Assembly (NCBI GenBank): GCA_963732385.1 | Contig: CAVSZB010000006.1 | Coordinates: 82,357 to 146,356, forward strand | DNA: 64,000 nucleotides | Source: an uncultured bacterium | Lineage (GTDB): Bacteria > Krumholzibacteriota > Krumholzibacteriia > LZORAL124-64-63 | Reading direction: 5' to 3' | Shown here: positions 41,307 through 51,291 of the stretch, piece by piece | How the letters are laid out: each line of letters starts with the position of its first letter | How positions within the stretch are numbered: the stretch's first letter is position 1 | Translations under genes and position numbers: made by a program | Notes under the pieces: generated by a model | Seen by the model: the letters and a program-made list of their open reading frames with translations, nothing else | What the model was told of the DNA's origin: nothing | Database searches by the model: none

Positions 41307-43070
41307 TCAGCGCACCAGGACAAGCTTGCGGGAATATGACGCTCCGTCCGCCTCCAGCCTGGCCACGTAGACCCCCGAGCTCAGCGCTTCTCCGCGCGCA
41401 TCGGTGCCGTTCCAGACCAGGACGTGCGAGCCTCTCTCCAGCACGCCAGCGGCCAGCGTCGCGACCTGGCGGCCCGCGATGTCGTACACGCAGAGACGTC
41501 CGCGGACCGCCCGGGCCAGCTCGAAGCTGAGGCGGACCAGCGGGTTGAACGGGTTCGGCCACGCCTCGAGCGCGCCCGTCAGGCTGGGGGTGGCGCCGGC
41601 CGGACCGGCGGCGTCGGCAAGCCGGAGCGCCGCGGCGGCCGGCTCGGTCGGGGCCGCGTACTTGACGGTGCAGGCGAGATAGTCGCCGTAGCAGGAATAG
41701 GCGCGGGGGCTGCTGTCGCGGGCCACCCGGACCCGGATCTCGCCGGCGGCCGAGACGAACGGCGCGGGCGTGGCGATCACGCAGGAGCGGGTCGCGTCGG
41801 TGGTGCCGATCTCCGCGACATCGACCGGCGACCAGGCGCCCGTCGTGAAATCGTAGAGGGAGAGGGTCTGCTCGCCGCTCTGGGAGTAGCTGCCGTTGTA
41901 GGTGATGGTGAGCGACACCGGCGTTTCCGCGATCGTCAGGCCGGCATACCAGTCGGTGTAGTAGCGCCGCGAAACCTTCGCGGCATTCACCCGCAGATAG
42001 GCGCCGTCATCCGCGGCCAGGCTGGCGTAGCTGCCGGCGCCGACCGTGCCGATGAGCATCGTGACGTTGGTCGGGACGTAGGTCTTCGCCAGCAGTTCCT
42101 CGCCGCCGCCCGAGCCGTTGTGGTAGGTGTCGGTGAAGCCGTCGCCCGCCACCGTGTAGGCGGCTCCCGGCTCGGGGTCGGCCTGGACGACGATCGTGCC
42201 GCCGACCTTGTCCCAGCCGACGGTCGGATCGGCGCCCGAGCCGAGCTCGGTCCAGTAGGTCTTCACGCCGTGGTCGTGCAGCCGGGTCAGCGCCTCCGCC
42301 GTGGGGTGCCCGTAGGTGTTGTCCCCGACCGAGATCACGCTGACCTCGGGCGTGGTGGAGGTGAGCCAGCTGTCGGAGGTGGAGGTGGCCGAGGCGTGAT
42401 GATGGACCTTGTACACCTCGACGTCGCCCACGGCCGGCCCGACCGCGCTCTCGACGTCGTTGTCGGTGTCGGCGGTGAGATCCCCGCCCATCACCTCGTC
42501 GAAGGCGCCGTAGGTGACCCTGATGACGACGCTCTTGGCGTTCTCGTCGCTGCCGTCGACCGGGTAGACGCCCGCGCCGTTGAGGGCGAGGCAGCGGATC
42601 GTGACCGGGTTGGCCGACCCGGCGTCGAGCGTGATGGTCTGGTCGGCGGACAGGGTCTGCCGCTTCGCGCCCAGGGCGGTGGCGTAGTCGGTGTAGGTGG
42701 CGGTGGTGTAGCTGTAGCCGCGGTCGTACCCCGCGACGTTGAGCGCCACGCCGGCGCCGAGCAGGTCGTCGAGGCAGCCGATGTGATCGGCGTGATAGTG
42801 CGACGCGAAGTTGTAGTCGAAGCTGGTGATGCCCAGGCCGGTGATGTAGTCCACGAAGGCCGGACAGTTCGAATAGGTACCGTCGTCGACGATGGCGAGC
42901 TGGCCGAGCGGGCTGACGATCAGCGCGCCGTCACCCTGGCCGACGTCGATGTGGTGGATCTGCAGTTTGCCGTTGCCGGGCTGCGCCGCGGCGCCGGTCG
43001 TCAGCAGGACCGGCAGGAGCAGGGCGGACAGGGTTACGGCATGTCGCACGCGTGACGGGATGCTTCGCAT
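41307..43070 (-). CDS. Secreted ComEC-like metallo-beta-lactamase-fold hydrolase with FlgD-Ig/T9SS-like C-terminal domain
   Basis: DVGQGD, SHYHADH, GGDL, KVHHHAS, YGHP; PNPFNP..VYDIAGRQV..WNGTD..SGVY. Confidence 0.85.
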   Translation of the reverse strand: MRSIPSRVRHAVTLSALLLPVLLTTGAAAQPGNGKLQIHHIDVGQGDGALIVSPLGQLAIVDDGTYSNCPAFVDYITGLGITSFDYNFASHYHADHIGCLDDLLGAGVALNVAGYDRGYSYTTATYTDYATALGAKRQTLSADQTITLDAGSANPVTIRCLALNGAGVYPVDGSDENAKSVVIRVTYGAFDEVMGGDLTADTDNDVESAVGPAVGDVEVYKVHHHASATSTSDSWLTSTTPEVSVISVGDNTYGHPTAEALTRLHDHGVKTYWTELGSGADPTVGWDKVGGTIVVQADPEPGAAYTVAGDGFTDTYHNGSGGGEELLAKTYVPTNVTMLIGTVGAGSYASLAADDGAYLRVNAAKVSRRYYTDWYAGLTIAETPVSLTITYNGSYSQSGEQTLSLYDFTTGAWSPVDVAEIGTTDATRSCVIATPAPFVSAAGEIRVRVARDSSPRAYSCYGDYLACTVKYAAPTEPAAAALRLADAAGPAGATPSLTGALEAWPNPFNPLVRLSFELARAVRGRLCVYDIAGRQVATLAAGVLERGSHVLVWNGTDARGEALSSGVYVARLEADGASYSRKLVLVR

Positions 43071-43291
43071 GGGGAGGCGCCTCCTTGATGACGGACCGAG
43101 CGACCCGGCAGGCGCGTCGTGGATTCCCGGGAGCGGTGCGCGGCTGGGGCCGCGCGCAGGCCGGTCGCGCGCGTCTGCACGCCTGGGGGGTGACGTGGCG
43201 CTGGACGAGGCCGCGGCGGGGCGAGGCGCGGCAGGTCAGGTCGGGATCCCGTGGGCGATGGCGCGGAGCGTAGCGCAGGCGGCGCGACGAT

Positions 43292-43363
43292 TCAAGCGGA
43301 CGGCGGCACAGGAGCGGGCAGATCCCGCAGGAAAGGGGAGAGGCGCAGGACGAGTTCGGCGAC
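43292..43363 (-). pseudogene. Displaced original 3' end of lipoate-protein ligase gene
   Basis: Encodes VAELVLRLSPFLRDLPAPVPPSA*, aligning with the current ligase C-terminus TAELVGRLAHLLKNLPRA; host-like codons. Confidence 0.6.
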
Positions 43364-43484
43364 GAGACCTCGGCAGTCCCGTCTGTATCCGCCCGATCGC
43401 CCGGGACGCTGGACCAGCCTTTGTTGTAGCGATTTCCTGATCGGGTCCCATTTCAAGCAGGGCTGGGTGAATAACCACTCGTCA

Positions 43485-44027
43485 TTATTCCGAAGGGTCT
43501 TCGAGTAGATCTCCAAAGCTTCCAAACTTCATGGTGAAGCGGCACGCGGCGAGCTGATCCTTGATGCAGTCAGCCTCGGCGACTGTAAGAACGCTGTTTC
43601 GAATGCAGCTAAGGAGGATTCCCGGCGTGGTCAGAAGCCTGTTCGGTCCGAGCCTTCGCTCGATCTCCCGTCTCGCCCGGCGGTCATCGCTTGCAACTGC
43701 CCATCCCCTCGCCGAAGCCACCGCGATCGCCGCGGCCTCGCCCCTGCCCAGAAAGTCGTGCAAGATCGCGAACAGGCTGATCTCTGCTGGAGCCGTGAGT
43801 TCAGTTTCCTCGAGTTCCCCCGTCGCGATGGCCGCACTGACCTCCGAGAGCTGCGTTGTGTCAGTCAATTCACCGGGCAAGTTTGCAGATCCTCGCAGGT
43901 GCTCTGTGAACATGAAGCAATAGTTCCTGTGCTGGCGAAGGAGATCCAATCGCCCGACGCGCAGGAAGTTGATGACGACATCCGTGTCGGATACAACGAA
44001 GATGCGTCTGTTCGGCGTGCGTTCCAT
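43485..44027 (-). CDS. PIN-domain protein (putative toxin)
   Basis: VVSDTDVVINF, LGRGEAAAIAVA, ASDDRRAR, TTPGIL. Confidence 0.85.
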   Translation of the reverse strand: MERTPNRRIFVVSDTDVVINFLRVGRLDLLRQHRNYCFMFTEHLRGSANLPGELTDTTQLSEVSAAIATGELEETELTAPAEISLFAILHDFLGRGEAAAIAVASARGWAVASDDRRARREIERRLGPNRLLTTPGILLSCIRNSVLTVAEADCIKDQLAACRFTMKFGSFGDLLEDPSE

Positions 44028-44033
44028 AGGCCG

Positions 44034-45302
44034 CTACTCCGGCGTGATCGCGTCCACGGCTTCATCTTCGTCGCCATCTGATGCAAGGGCGGCCTCCACA
44101 TCCTCCTCTGAAACGTCAAATTCCCCGGCAAGTTCGAGAAGCCTGTTCCGAGAGATCTCACTACGTCGATAGGCTTCGAAACCCAAATGGAGAACCTGAT
44201 TTGCAAGTGACCAGTGCGCGTTCTCGTCCCAATGCGCGATGCGCAACGCATGGGCAACGCGCATGCCGATGTTGCGCTGTTTCTTGAGAGTCTCGAATCT
44301 GTCGTTCGGGATAACCTTCAGGTTCAGCAGGTGGTACAGCGCAGCCTCGTAGCTCACTCCGAAGTGATGCGCTAGGCCTACCACATCGTGCACGCGAATA
44401 GTCTGACTTCCGGGTGGCATGCGCTTCTGGACGGAGATTTGCTCGGCCTGTTCCGCGAGGGCGGAATCGTCAAAAACCCCCTGAGTCTGGCGAGTCGATT
44501 CTCCCTTGCCCAGAGATTGCAGGAAGGCGCGCACACCAGCTTCAGGCATCAGGAAGTGAGCCGCAAACGCATTCGCCCTGATCTCAATCAGCTCTTCGCG
44601 GTTCAAGGTGCGGCTCACCGTGCCGGACCGTTGCCGATCGGCCAAGATGTGGCAGTATTCGTGTGCGTAAGAGAACAGACGGCGATTTCGTGGATGATCG
44701 TGATTGATCACGATCACCAGCCCGAGCTCGCGGCCATGAAGGGACAGGCCCGAAATGTCGCCAGCCATCGGGTACTCTGCCACGCGAACTCCCTGCCCCC
44801 GGATGATCTCGGCTATCTCCCAGACCGGGGACAAGCCCAAGCCGATGCGATTCCTTTCCTGCTCGGCCAAGATTCGACCCTGACAGATGGCTTCCCATTT
44901 CGTCGACGGCGACGGGAGCGAGTAGCTTACCGCCATCGCGGCGCCTCCTCTGGGACGTCCGAGGAGTTGTTCCAGGCGAGTCGCCTCTCGGCAGAGATTC
45001 GCGCACCTCCGAAGTTCGGCGCCCAATCGTGGATCGTCAGCGACTTCGGGATTCATCCGGAACAGCGCAAGGACGGGGTCATCTTCGAAGGCGTCGTCGT
45101 TCATGAACTCCATGATTCCCCGGCCGTACAGGCGGGCCAACCTGTCGAGCTCAAGGCTGTTGACGGCTCGATTGCCCGCTTCGATCTGGACCACCGCCGT
45201 CCGGGTAAGCCCGGCAGCATCCGCCACATGCTTCTGGGTCAAACCGCAGTTTTCCCGGGCTGCCTTCAGCCGCCGGGCGAGTTCGGTTGGCGTCACGGGC
45301 AT
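44034..45302 (-). CDS. XRE-family HTH fused to ImmA/IrrE zinc metallopeptidase
   Basis: RLKAARENCGLTQKHVA..IEAG; RRLFSYAHEYCH (HExxH); EIRANAFAAHFLMP. Confidence 0.92.
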   Translation of the reverse strand: MPVTPTELARRLKAARENCGLTQKHVADAAGLTRTAVVQIEAGNRAVNSLELDRLARLYGRGIMEFMNDDAFEDDPVLALFRMNPEVADDPRLGAELRRCANLCREATRLEQLLGRPRGGAAMAVSYSLPSPSTKWEAICQGRILAEQERNRIGLGLSPVWEIAEIIRGQGVRVAEYPMAGDISGLSLHGRELGLVIVINHDHPRNRRLFSYAHEYCHILADRQRSGTVSRTLNREELIEIRANAFAAHFLMPEAGVRAFLQSLGKGESTRQTQGVFDDSALAEQAEQISVQKRMPPGSQTIRVHDVVGLAHHFGVSYEAALYHLLNLKVIPNDRFETLKKQRNIGMRVAHALRIAHWDENAHWSLANQVLHLGFEAYRRSEISRNRLLELAGEFDVSEEDVEAALASDGDEDEAVDAITPE

Positions 45303-45323
45303 CTGTATCGCCTCCCATGGCGT

Positions 45324-45527
45324 CTATTTTTGTCGGTTGTACGGGGACTGGTTGGTTGGCTTCAGGGGGACGTTCTCTCCGCTCGCCTTCTGCCGCACGG
45401 CATTCTCAGTCCGGCCCAGCTTGAGTCCGATCACGCGGGTCGGCGTGTTCTGTGCCGCGAGGGTCTCCAGACGGCGAACTTCTTGGTCGGTCCATTCCTT
45501 GTGATGACGTGGTGGCGTTTTGACCAT
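45324..45527 (-). CDS. Small basic HTH/Myb-like protein (67 aa)
   Basis: AGGAGG RBS; WTDQEVRRL..NTPTRVIGLKLGRTENAVRQKAS..LKPTNQSPY. Confidence 0.8.
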   Translation of the reverse strand: MVKTPPRHHKEWTDQEVRRLETLAAQNTPTRVIGLKLGRTENAVRQKASGENVPLKPTNQSPYNRQK

Positions 45528-45696
45528 GGATGCACCTCCTGAACGTGGCTGCCCATTAAATGCCTCGGAGCTTCCCGGCGAGTGCTTGAACTCGACTGGA
45601 CTCCAGTTCGAGGGTTTCAGACGCAGCAACGGCTAGCGGGCCCAGCGCACGCTGGGCGCGTGACAGCAGGCGTTGCCGGCTGCAGGCCGATAGATG

Positions 45697-46449
45697 TCAG
45701 GTGTTTTTCGTACGCTTTGCCCCTACGAAGAACGGAAGCCTCATGGACTCGATATCATGGATGTCAGCAAGCTCAAACTGTTGCCGCCTTACGCCAGCAC
45801 CGGCCAGGTCATGGCGCGTGGCGAAGACGTGAATGCAGCCAGCGGCGAGCGAGGAGAAAGCGTCTGAGATTTCGAGCACTTCACGAAACACCCGATCCAT
45901 GCCGTCTTCGGCGTCTCCGGCACCCGCTTGCTGGCACAGTTCCCACATCGCCAACGCTTCCGATCCCCAGTAGAGGCAATTGCCATTCGCCTCTGCAAAC
46001 AGAATGTCGAAGTCGTCCTCCGGGGAAAGCGCCGTCACTGCGGCGGCCAACTTTGTGACCGGCAGGTGGAACGCGTACGCAGATCGAATTGTATCGATCA
46101 GGTTGCCCCCGGAAAAGTACCGCTTGATCCTTTCCATCGCTGCCCGGGTTTCGGAGGGCAAGTGTGTCTCGTAGTCTCTCGACACCTTGCCACCCCAGTA
46201 GGCACACTGGAGCAGGGTCCACCCTTCTTTTAACAGGCCTGCGAGAAGGCGAAGCAGAACGCCTGTCGTCGTGTGCGCACCCATGCGCTCTGGCTCGCTG
46301 GGTACTGAAGGCTTGATCGCGATCGCGAGCAGCTTGTTCAGGAGATTCAGTTCATTGGTCAAGTAGCCAAGCGAGACGATGAACTGCATTTCATTCGCCG
46401 GAACTTCATCGAGCACGGACTTTGGAATCGAGACCTTGAGGATGTCCAA
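45697..46449 (-). CDS. Hypothetical helical protein with HEPN-like Rx5H motif; start uncertain
   Basis: Long ORF in lower-GC DNA; IRSAYAFH motif. Confidence 0.6.
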   Translation of the reverse strand: MDILKVSIPKSVLDEVPANEMQFIVSLGYLTNELNLLNKLLAIAIKPSVPSEPERMGAHTTTGVLLRLLAGLLKEGWTLLQCAYWGGKVSRDYETHLPSETRAAMERIKRYFSGGNLIDTIRSAYAFHLPVTKLAAAVTALSPEDDFDILFAEANGNCLYWGSEALAMWELCQQAGAGDAEDGMDRVFREVLEISDAFSSLAAGCIHVFATRHDLAGAGVRRQQFELADIHDIESMRLPFFVGAKRTKNT

Positions 46450-46837
46450 TCCAACTACCTTCCGCCCTAGCGGGACAAGACGCCGAGCTTCGTGACGAGC
46501 GCTTTCGAGTATACGAACGCCAAACTTTAATGTCAATAGTGGTAATTGTGTGTTCGATTACAGAACTTCACGGCAAATGGGCCTGTTTCTGTCTCGGTTT
46601 ATTTGATATGATATAATCAGTTACTAGAAATCATGGTCGCGCCAGTTGATTCACATGCCTAATTGGCCGTTCGGCGAAGACCCAGCGAATCGCATCACCA
46701 TTATTCTTGCGCAGGAATTCGGCCGCGACCGACAGAATATCGCTAGCATTTACTACGCGTTATGGGGCGTCTGGGCTGGCCTTGTGCGAGGCTGCCCAAT
46801 CGATGGCAGCCGTTCACCTCGATGAGGAGACAGCGCC

Positions 46838-47512
46838 TTAGCCCGATTCCTGCTGCACCTCGGCGCGAGGCAGATTTTTCAACAAATGCGCTAGGCGCCC
46901 GACCAACTCCGCGGTCGTGAGTGCAGGCTCGAGTTCCCGCAGGGCCCCCATGAATTCTCGATGCGCGCGGCCCGCCCGGTAGGCCGGCTCGCGGGGCGGA
47001 TGGGGCAGGTAGCGCTCCGCCAGCGCTAGGTCGGGGCAGACGAGCAGGGTCGTGGAGTAGTAGACCAGCCCCTTGGTACGCCAGAGGCAGGAGCCGCCGA
47101 CTTTGCGCTCGCCGATGGCCAGGTCGGAAGTGCCCTCCTGCCGGACGCCGGACAGACCGCAGCCGGCGAGTGCCCCGATCAGCCAGGCGGAGATCGCGGC
47201 GAAGGCGCCGGTGATGCCGCTCACGCCCGGCAGCGGCAGCGCCAGCGAGACGATCGCGTTGCCCGGATCGAGCACCACCGCGCAGCCGCCGCCCCGCCGC
47301 CGCAGAACCGGCACGCCGTCGGCGCGGGCGGCGTCGAGCGCGACCTCGGCCGCGGGGTCGCCGCCGCGCCCCACCACCACCGCCACCGGCGGCGCGCCGG
47401 CGGGGGGCCAGGCGTACGCGCGCGCGCGCGGCGCGGAATCCGCGCGCCAGGCCGCGATCAACGCCTCGTCATGGTCCCAGGCCGGCAGTCGTTCGCCGGG
47501 CGGGCCGGTCAC
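46838..47512 (-). CDS. Lipoate-protein ligase family protein
   Basis: VLRRRGGGCAVVLDPG, SDL..RKVGG, PPREPAYRAGRAH; GTG overlaps the lpdA stop. Confidence 0.85.
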   Translation of the reverse strand: MTGPPGERLPAWDHDEALIAAWRADSAPRARAYAWPPAGAPPVAVVVGRGGDPAAEVALDAARADGVPVLRRRGGGCAVVLDPGNAIVSLALPLPGVSGITGAFAAISAWLIGALAGCGLSGVRQEGTSDLAIGERKVGGSCLWRTKGLVYYSTTLLVCPDLALAERYLPHPPREPAYRAGRAHREFMGALRELEPALTTAELVGRLAHLLKNLPRAEVQQESG

Positions 47513-48939
47513 GCCGGCTTGCCCTTCGGCTTCGGCGGCAGCACGTGCACCGCGCTGCCGGCGGCCACCTCGGCGGCCTCCATCAGCGCTTCCGAGAGCG
47601 TGGGGTGGGGGTGGATGGTCACCATCAGGTCCTCGAGCGTGGCGCCCATCTCCACGGCGAGCGTTCCTTCGGCGATCAGTTCGCTCACCGACGGCCCGAC
47701 CATGCCGACCCCCAGCACGAGATGGCTGTCGGGGTCGGCGAGCACCTTCACCAGGCCGTCGGTGCGGCCGAGGGTGCGGGCGCGGCCGAGCGCGGCGAGC
47801 GGGAACCGACCGACCGTGACCTTGATCCCCTGCTCCTGCGCCTCGCGCTCGGTGAGGCCGGTCCAGGCGATCTCGGGGTCGGTGAAGACGACGGCGGGGA
47901 TGGCGCGGTTGTCGAAGGCGCCGCCGTGCCCGGCGATCACCTCGGCCGCCACCTTCCCCTCGCGGCTCGCCTTGTGCGCGAGCGCCGGGCCGCGCGTGAC
48001 GTCGCCGATGGCGTAGATGTGCGGCTCGGCGGTGCGGCACTCGGCGTCGGTGGCGATGATGCCGTGGCTGTCGACGACGATCTTCGTCCGCTCGAGGCCG
48101 AGGTCGTCGGTGTTGGGACGGCGGCCGACCGCCACGAGCACCTGGTCGAAGGCGTGCGCCTGCACCTGGCCGCCCTGCTCGATGTCGACCGTGAAGCCGT
48201 CGGCCGTCTTGTGGATGCCGACCACCTTCGAGTCGACCATGATGTCGCGCAGCCGCGGGCGCACCTGCTTGAGCATGACCTCCACGAGGTCGGCGTCGGC
48301 GCCCATCAGCAGGCGGGGCGAGAACTCGACCACCGACACGGCGGCCCCGAGGCCGGCGTACACGAGCCCCATCTCGATCCCGATGTAGCCGCCGCCGACC
48401 ACGAGCAGGCTGGCCGGCACCCGCGGCAGCTGCAGCGCCTCCGCCGACGACCAGACCGGCTTCTCGTAGGCGGCCGGCAGCTCGTTGATGCGCGAGCCGG
48501 TGGCGATGATGCACTGGCGGAAATCGACGCCGGTCACCTCGGAGCCCTCGACGGCGAGCGAGCGGCTGCCGGTGAAGCGGGCCCGGCCGTGCACCACCTC
48601 GATGCCGCGGCGCCTGAGCAGCCCCTCCACCCCCTGCGACAGGCCGGCCACCACCGAGGCGGTCCAGGCGCGCAGCCGGTCGAGGTCGACCGCCGCCTCG
48701 CCGAAGGTCAGGCCGATCGCGTGCGCCTCGCGCGCCGCGTCGCACAGCGCCACCGCGTGGATGAGCGCCTTCGACGGGATGCACCCCTCCAGCAGGCAGG
48801 TGCCGCCCGGCCGCTCGCGCGCCTCGATCAGCATGACCTCCTTGCCCAGGTCGGCCAGCCGCAGCGCCGCCACGTAGCCGCCCGGTCCGGCGCCGATCAC
48901 CGCGACCTCGGTCTCCTGCCTCAGGCTTCCCATCACCAT
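47509..48939 (-). CDS. lpdA: Dihydrolipoyl dehydrogenase (E3)
   Basis: GAGPGGY, GGTCLLEGCIPSK, GGGYIG, HPHPTLSE. Confidence 0.96.
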   Translation of the reverse strand: MVMGSLRQETEVAVIGAGPGGYVAALRLADLGKEVMLIEARERPGGTCLLEGCIPSKALIHAVALCDAAREAHAIGLTFGEAAVDLDRLRAWTASVVAGLSQGVEGLLRRRGIEVVHGRARFTGSRSLAVEGSEVTGVDFRQCIIATGSRINELPAAYEKPVWSSAEALQLPRVPASLLVVGGGYIGIEMGLVYAGLGAAVSVVEFSPRLLMGADADLVEVMLKQVRPRLRDIMVDSKVVGIHKTADGFTVDIEQGGQVQAHAFDQVLVAVGRRPNTDDLGLERTKIVVDSHGIIATDAECRTAEPHIYAIGDVTRGPALAHKASREGKVAAEVIAGHGGAFDNRAIPAVVFTDPEIAWTGLTEREAQEQGIKVTVGRFPLAALGRARTLGRTDGLVKVLADPDSHLVLGVGMVGPSVSELIAEGTLAVEMGATLEDLMVTIHPHPTLSEALMEAAEVAAGSAVHVLPPKPKGKPA

Positions 48940-48957
48940 GAGCGAGCGCCTCCCGGG

Positions 48958-50280
48958 TCAGGTCTCGAGCAGCAGCAGGTTCGGATCCGACAACTGGCGC
49001 ACCATCTCGGTGACGAACCGCGCGGCGTCGGCGCCGTCGGCGATGCGGTGGTCGAAGGCGAGGGTCAGCGGCAGCATGCGGCGGATGACGATCTGCCCGT
49101 CGCGCACGACCGGCTTCTCCTGCACCCTGCCCATGCCGAGGATCGCCACCTCGGGGTAGTTGATGGTCGGGATGAGCGCGGTGCCGCCGAGCGGTCCGAC
49201 GTTGGTGATCGTGAACGTGCCGCCGCGCAGGTCGTCCACCTCGAGCCGGCCGTCGCGCGCCTTCTGCGCCAGCGCTTCGATGCTCGCGGCGATCTGCATG
49301 ATGCTCTGGCGATCGGTCTCCTTGACGACCGGCACGACCAGGCCCTTGCCGGTGTCCGCCGCGAAGCCGATGTTGTAGTACTTCTTGTAGATGATCTCCT
49401 CGCGGAACGGGTCGAGGCTGGCGTTGAACGATGGCGTGGCGCGCAGCCCCGCCGTCACGGCCTTGATCACGAACGACAGCAGCGTCAGCTTGCCGGGCTG
49501 ACCGGCGCGGCGTCCGCGCTCGCGCTGGCGGAACTCTTCGAGCTGCGTGACGTCGGCCTCGTCCATGTGCGCCACGTGGGGGACCAGGATCATCGAGGTG
49601 ACCATCTTGCGGGCCACCTTGCGGCGGATCGAGCGCAGCGGTTCGATCTCCACCGCCCCCCAGTGGGAGAAGTCGGGCAGCGGTTCGATGTCGAGCAGCG
49701 GGATGGTCGACGCGGCGTGGGCCGCGAACTGCGCCTCGGCGCGGGTCTCGACGGCGGCGGGCGCCGGCGTCGGCGTGGCGGGTGCGGGTACGATCGTAAC
49801 GGGCGCGGCGCCGCCGGCGACGAAACGCTGGACGTCGTCAGGGGTGACGCGGCCGCCGGGGCCGGTGGCCGGCACCGCGTTGATGTCCACGCCGAGCTCG
49901 CGGGCGAGGCGGCGCGTGGCGGGGGCGGCGGGCACGGGACGCCCGGCCAGGACGGCCGGTGGCGGCGCTTGCGCCGGCGCCGGCGCCGCGCGCGGCTCCG
50001 CGGCGCGCTTCGACGGGGCCGCGGTCGCGGCGGACGCCCCGCCCGCGCCGTCGTCGATCACCGTGATGACCTGGCCCACGTGCACCGTGTCGCCGACCGC
50101 GCCGGTCAGGGTCACGATCCGTCCGCCGCGCGGGGAGGGGATCGTCACCGCCGCCTTGTCGGTCTCGACCTCGACCAGCGGCGCGTCCTCCTTCACGTCG
50201 CCGCCGGCGACGACATGCCACTTCAGGATCTCGCCCTCGTGGATCCCTTCGCCCAGATCGGGCAGCTTGAACTCGAACAC
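48958..50280 (-). CDS. Dihydrolipoamide acyltransferase (E2)
   Basis: Lipoyl ETDKA, E3-binding PATRRLARELGV, DHRIADG. Confidence 0.95.
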   Translation of the reverse strand: MFEFKLPDLGEGIHEGEILKWHVVAGGDVKEDAPLVEVETDKAAVTIPSPRGGRIVTLTGAVGDTVHVGQVITVIDDGAGGASAATAAPSKRAAEPRAAPAPAQAPPPAVLAGRPVPAAPATRRLARELGVDINAVPATGPGGRVTPDDVQRFVAGGAAPVTIVPAPATPTPAPAAVETRAEAQFAAHAASTIPLLDIEPLPDFSHWGAVEIEPLRSIRRKVARKMVTSMILVPHVAHMDEADVTQLEEFRQRERGRRAGQPGKLTLLSFVIKAVTAGLRATPSFNASLDPFREEIIYKKYYNIGFAADTGKGLVVPVVKETDRQSIMQIAASIEALAQKARDGRLEVDDLRGGTFTITNVGPLGGTALIPTINYPEVAILGMGRVQEKPVVRDGQIVIRRMLPLTLAFDHRIADGADAARFVTEMVRQLSDPNLLLLET

Positions 50281-50310
50281 GGTCGCCTCCTCCGGCCCGC
50301 GGCGGCGCGC

Positions 50311-51291
50311 CTAGAAGTCGAGGGTCTCCTCCAGCGCGCGACGGATGCGGCCGGGGGAGGGGATGTAGTCCGCTTCACGCCCGAAGTACGGCGTGACGAC
50401 GTCGTAGCCGGTCACCCGTTTCACGGGCGCCTGGAGCTGCAGCAGCGCGCGGTCGTTGATGACCGCGATCAGTTCCGAGGCCGGCCCGAACGTCCGCGGC
50501 GATTCCTGCACGATCGCGCAGCGGCCGGTCTTCGCCACCGACGCCGCCACCGTCTCCACGTCGAGCGGGGCGATCGTGAGCAGGTCGACCAGCTCGACGC
50601 TCGCCCGGCGCGCCTGCTGCAGATCCTCGATCGCCTGCAGCGTCGGCCGCATCATCGCGCCCCAGGTGATGACCGTCAGGTCGGTGCCCTCGTGGACGAC
50701 CTGCGCCGCGCCGATCGGCAAAACCTCCGGCTCCTCCGGCACCTCCTCGCGGAAGGCGCGGTAGGAGCGCTTCGGTTCGTAGTAGACGACCGGGTCGGGG
50801 TCGCGGATGGCGGCCGCGATCAGCGCGCGCGCGTTGCGCGGCCCCGACGGCGCCACCATCTTCACGCCCGGCATGTGGGCGTAGAGCACCTCGCGCGCCT
50901 CGGAGTGGTGCTCGAGCGCGCGCACGCCGCCGCCGTACGGGACCCGCACGACCAGCGGACAGGTGAACTGCCCGTGCGTGCGCGAGCGGAAGCGCGAGGC
51001 GTGCCCCTCGAGCTGCGGCAGCATCAGGTAGGAGAAGCCGCAGAACTGCATCTCGGCCACCGGCCGCAAGCCCGCCAGGGCCATGCCGATCGAGGTGCCG
51101 ATGATGGCGGACTCGGCCAGGGGGGTGTCGATCACGCGGGCTTCGCCGTACTTCGCCAGCAGCCCGTCGGTCACGCGGAACACGCCGCCGTCCTGCCCGA
51201 TGTCCTCGCCGAGCACGAGCACGTTGTCGTCGCGGGCCATCTCCTGGTCGAGTCCGAGGTTGATGGCCTGCACCATCGTCAGCTTAGGCAT
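50311..51291 (-). CDS. pdhB: 2-oxoacid dehydrogenase E1 beta
   Basis: GEDIG..GGVFRVT, DTPLAES, EMQF, ALEHHSE. Confidence 0.92.
   Translation of the reverse strand: MPKLTMVQAINLGLDQEMARDDNVLVLGEDIGQDGGVFRVTDGLLAKYGEARVIDTPLAESAIIGTSIGMALAGLRPVAEMQFCGFSYLMLPQLEGHASRFRSRTHGQFTCPLVVRVPYGGGVRALEHHSEAREVLYAHMPGVKMVAPSGPRNARALIAAAIRDPDPVVYYEPKRSYRAFREEVPEEPEVLPIGAAQVVHEGTDLTVITWGAMMRPTLQAIEDLQQARRASVELVDLLTIAPLDVETVAASVAKTGRCAIVQESPRTFGPASELIAVINDRALLQLQAPVKRVTGYDVVTPYFGREADYIPSPGRIRRALEETLDF

Larger units (their letters stand above)
43364..46915. mobile_element. Lower-GC inserted cassette (defence/TA-like); no integrase visible; boundaries approximate
   Basis: Abrupt GC and codon-usage shift; flanked by two versions of the ligase C-terminus. 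Confidence 0.65.

Noticed and set aside
46655..46825. 56-aa + strand ORF (MPNWPFGEDP...) at the cassette edge
   Set aside because: No clear RBS or recognisable motif
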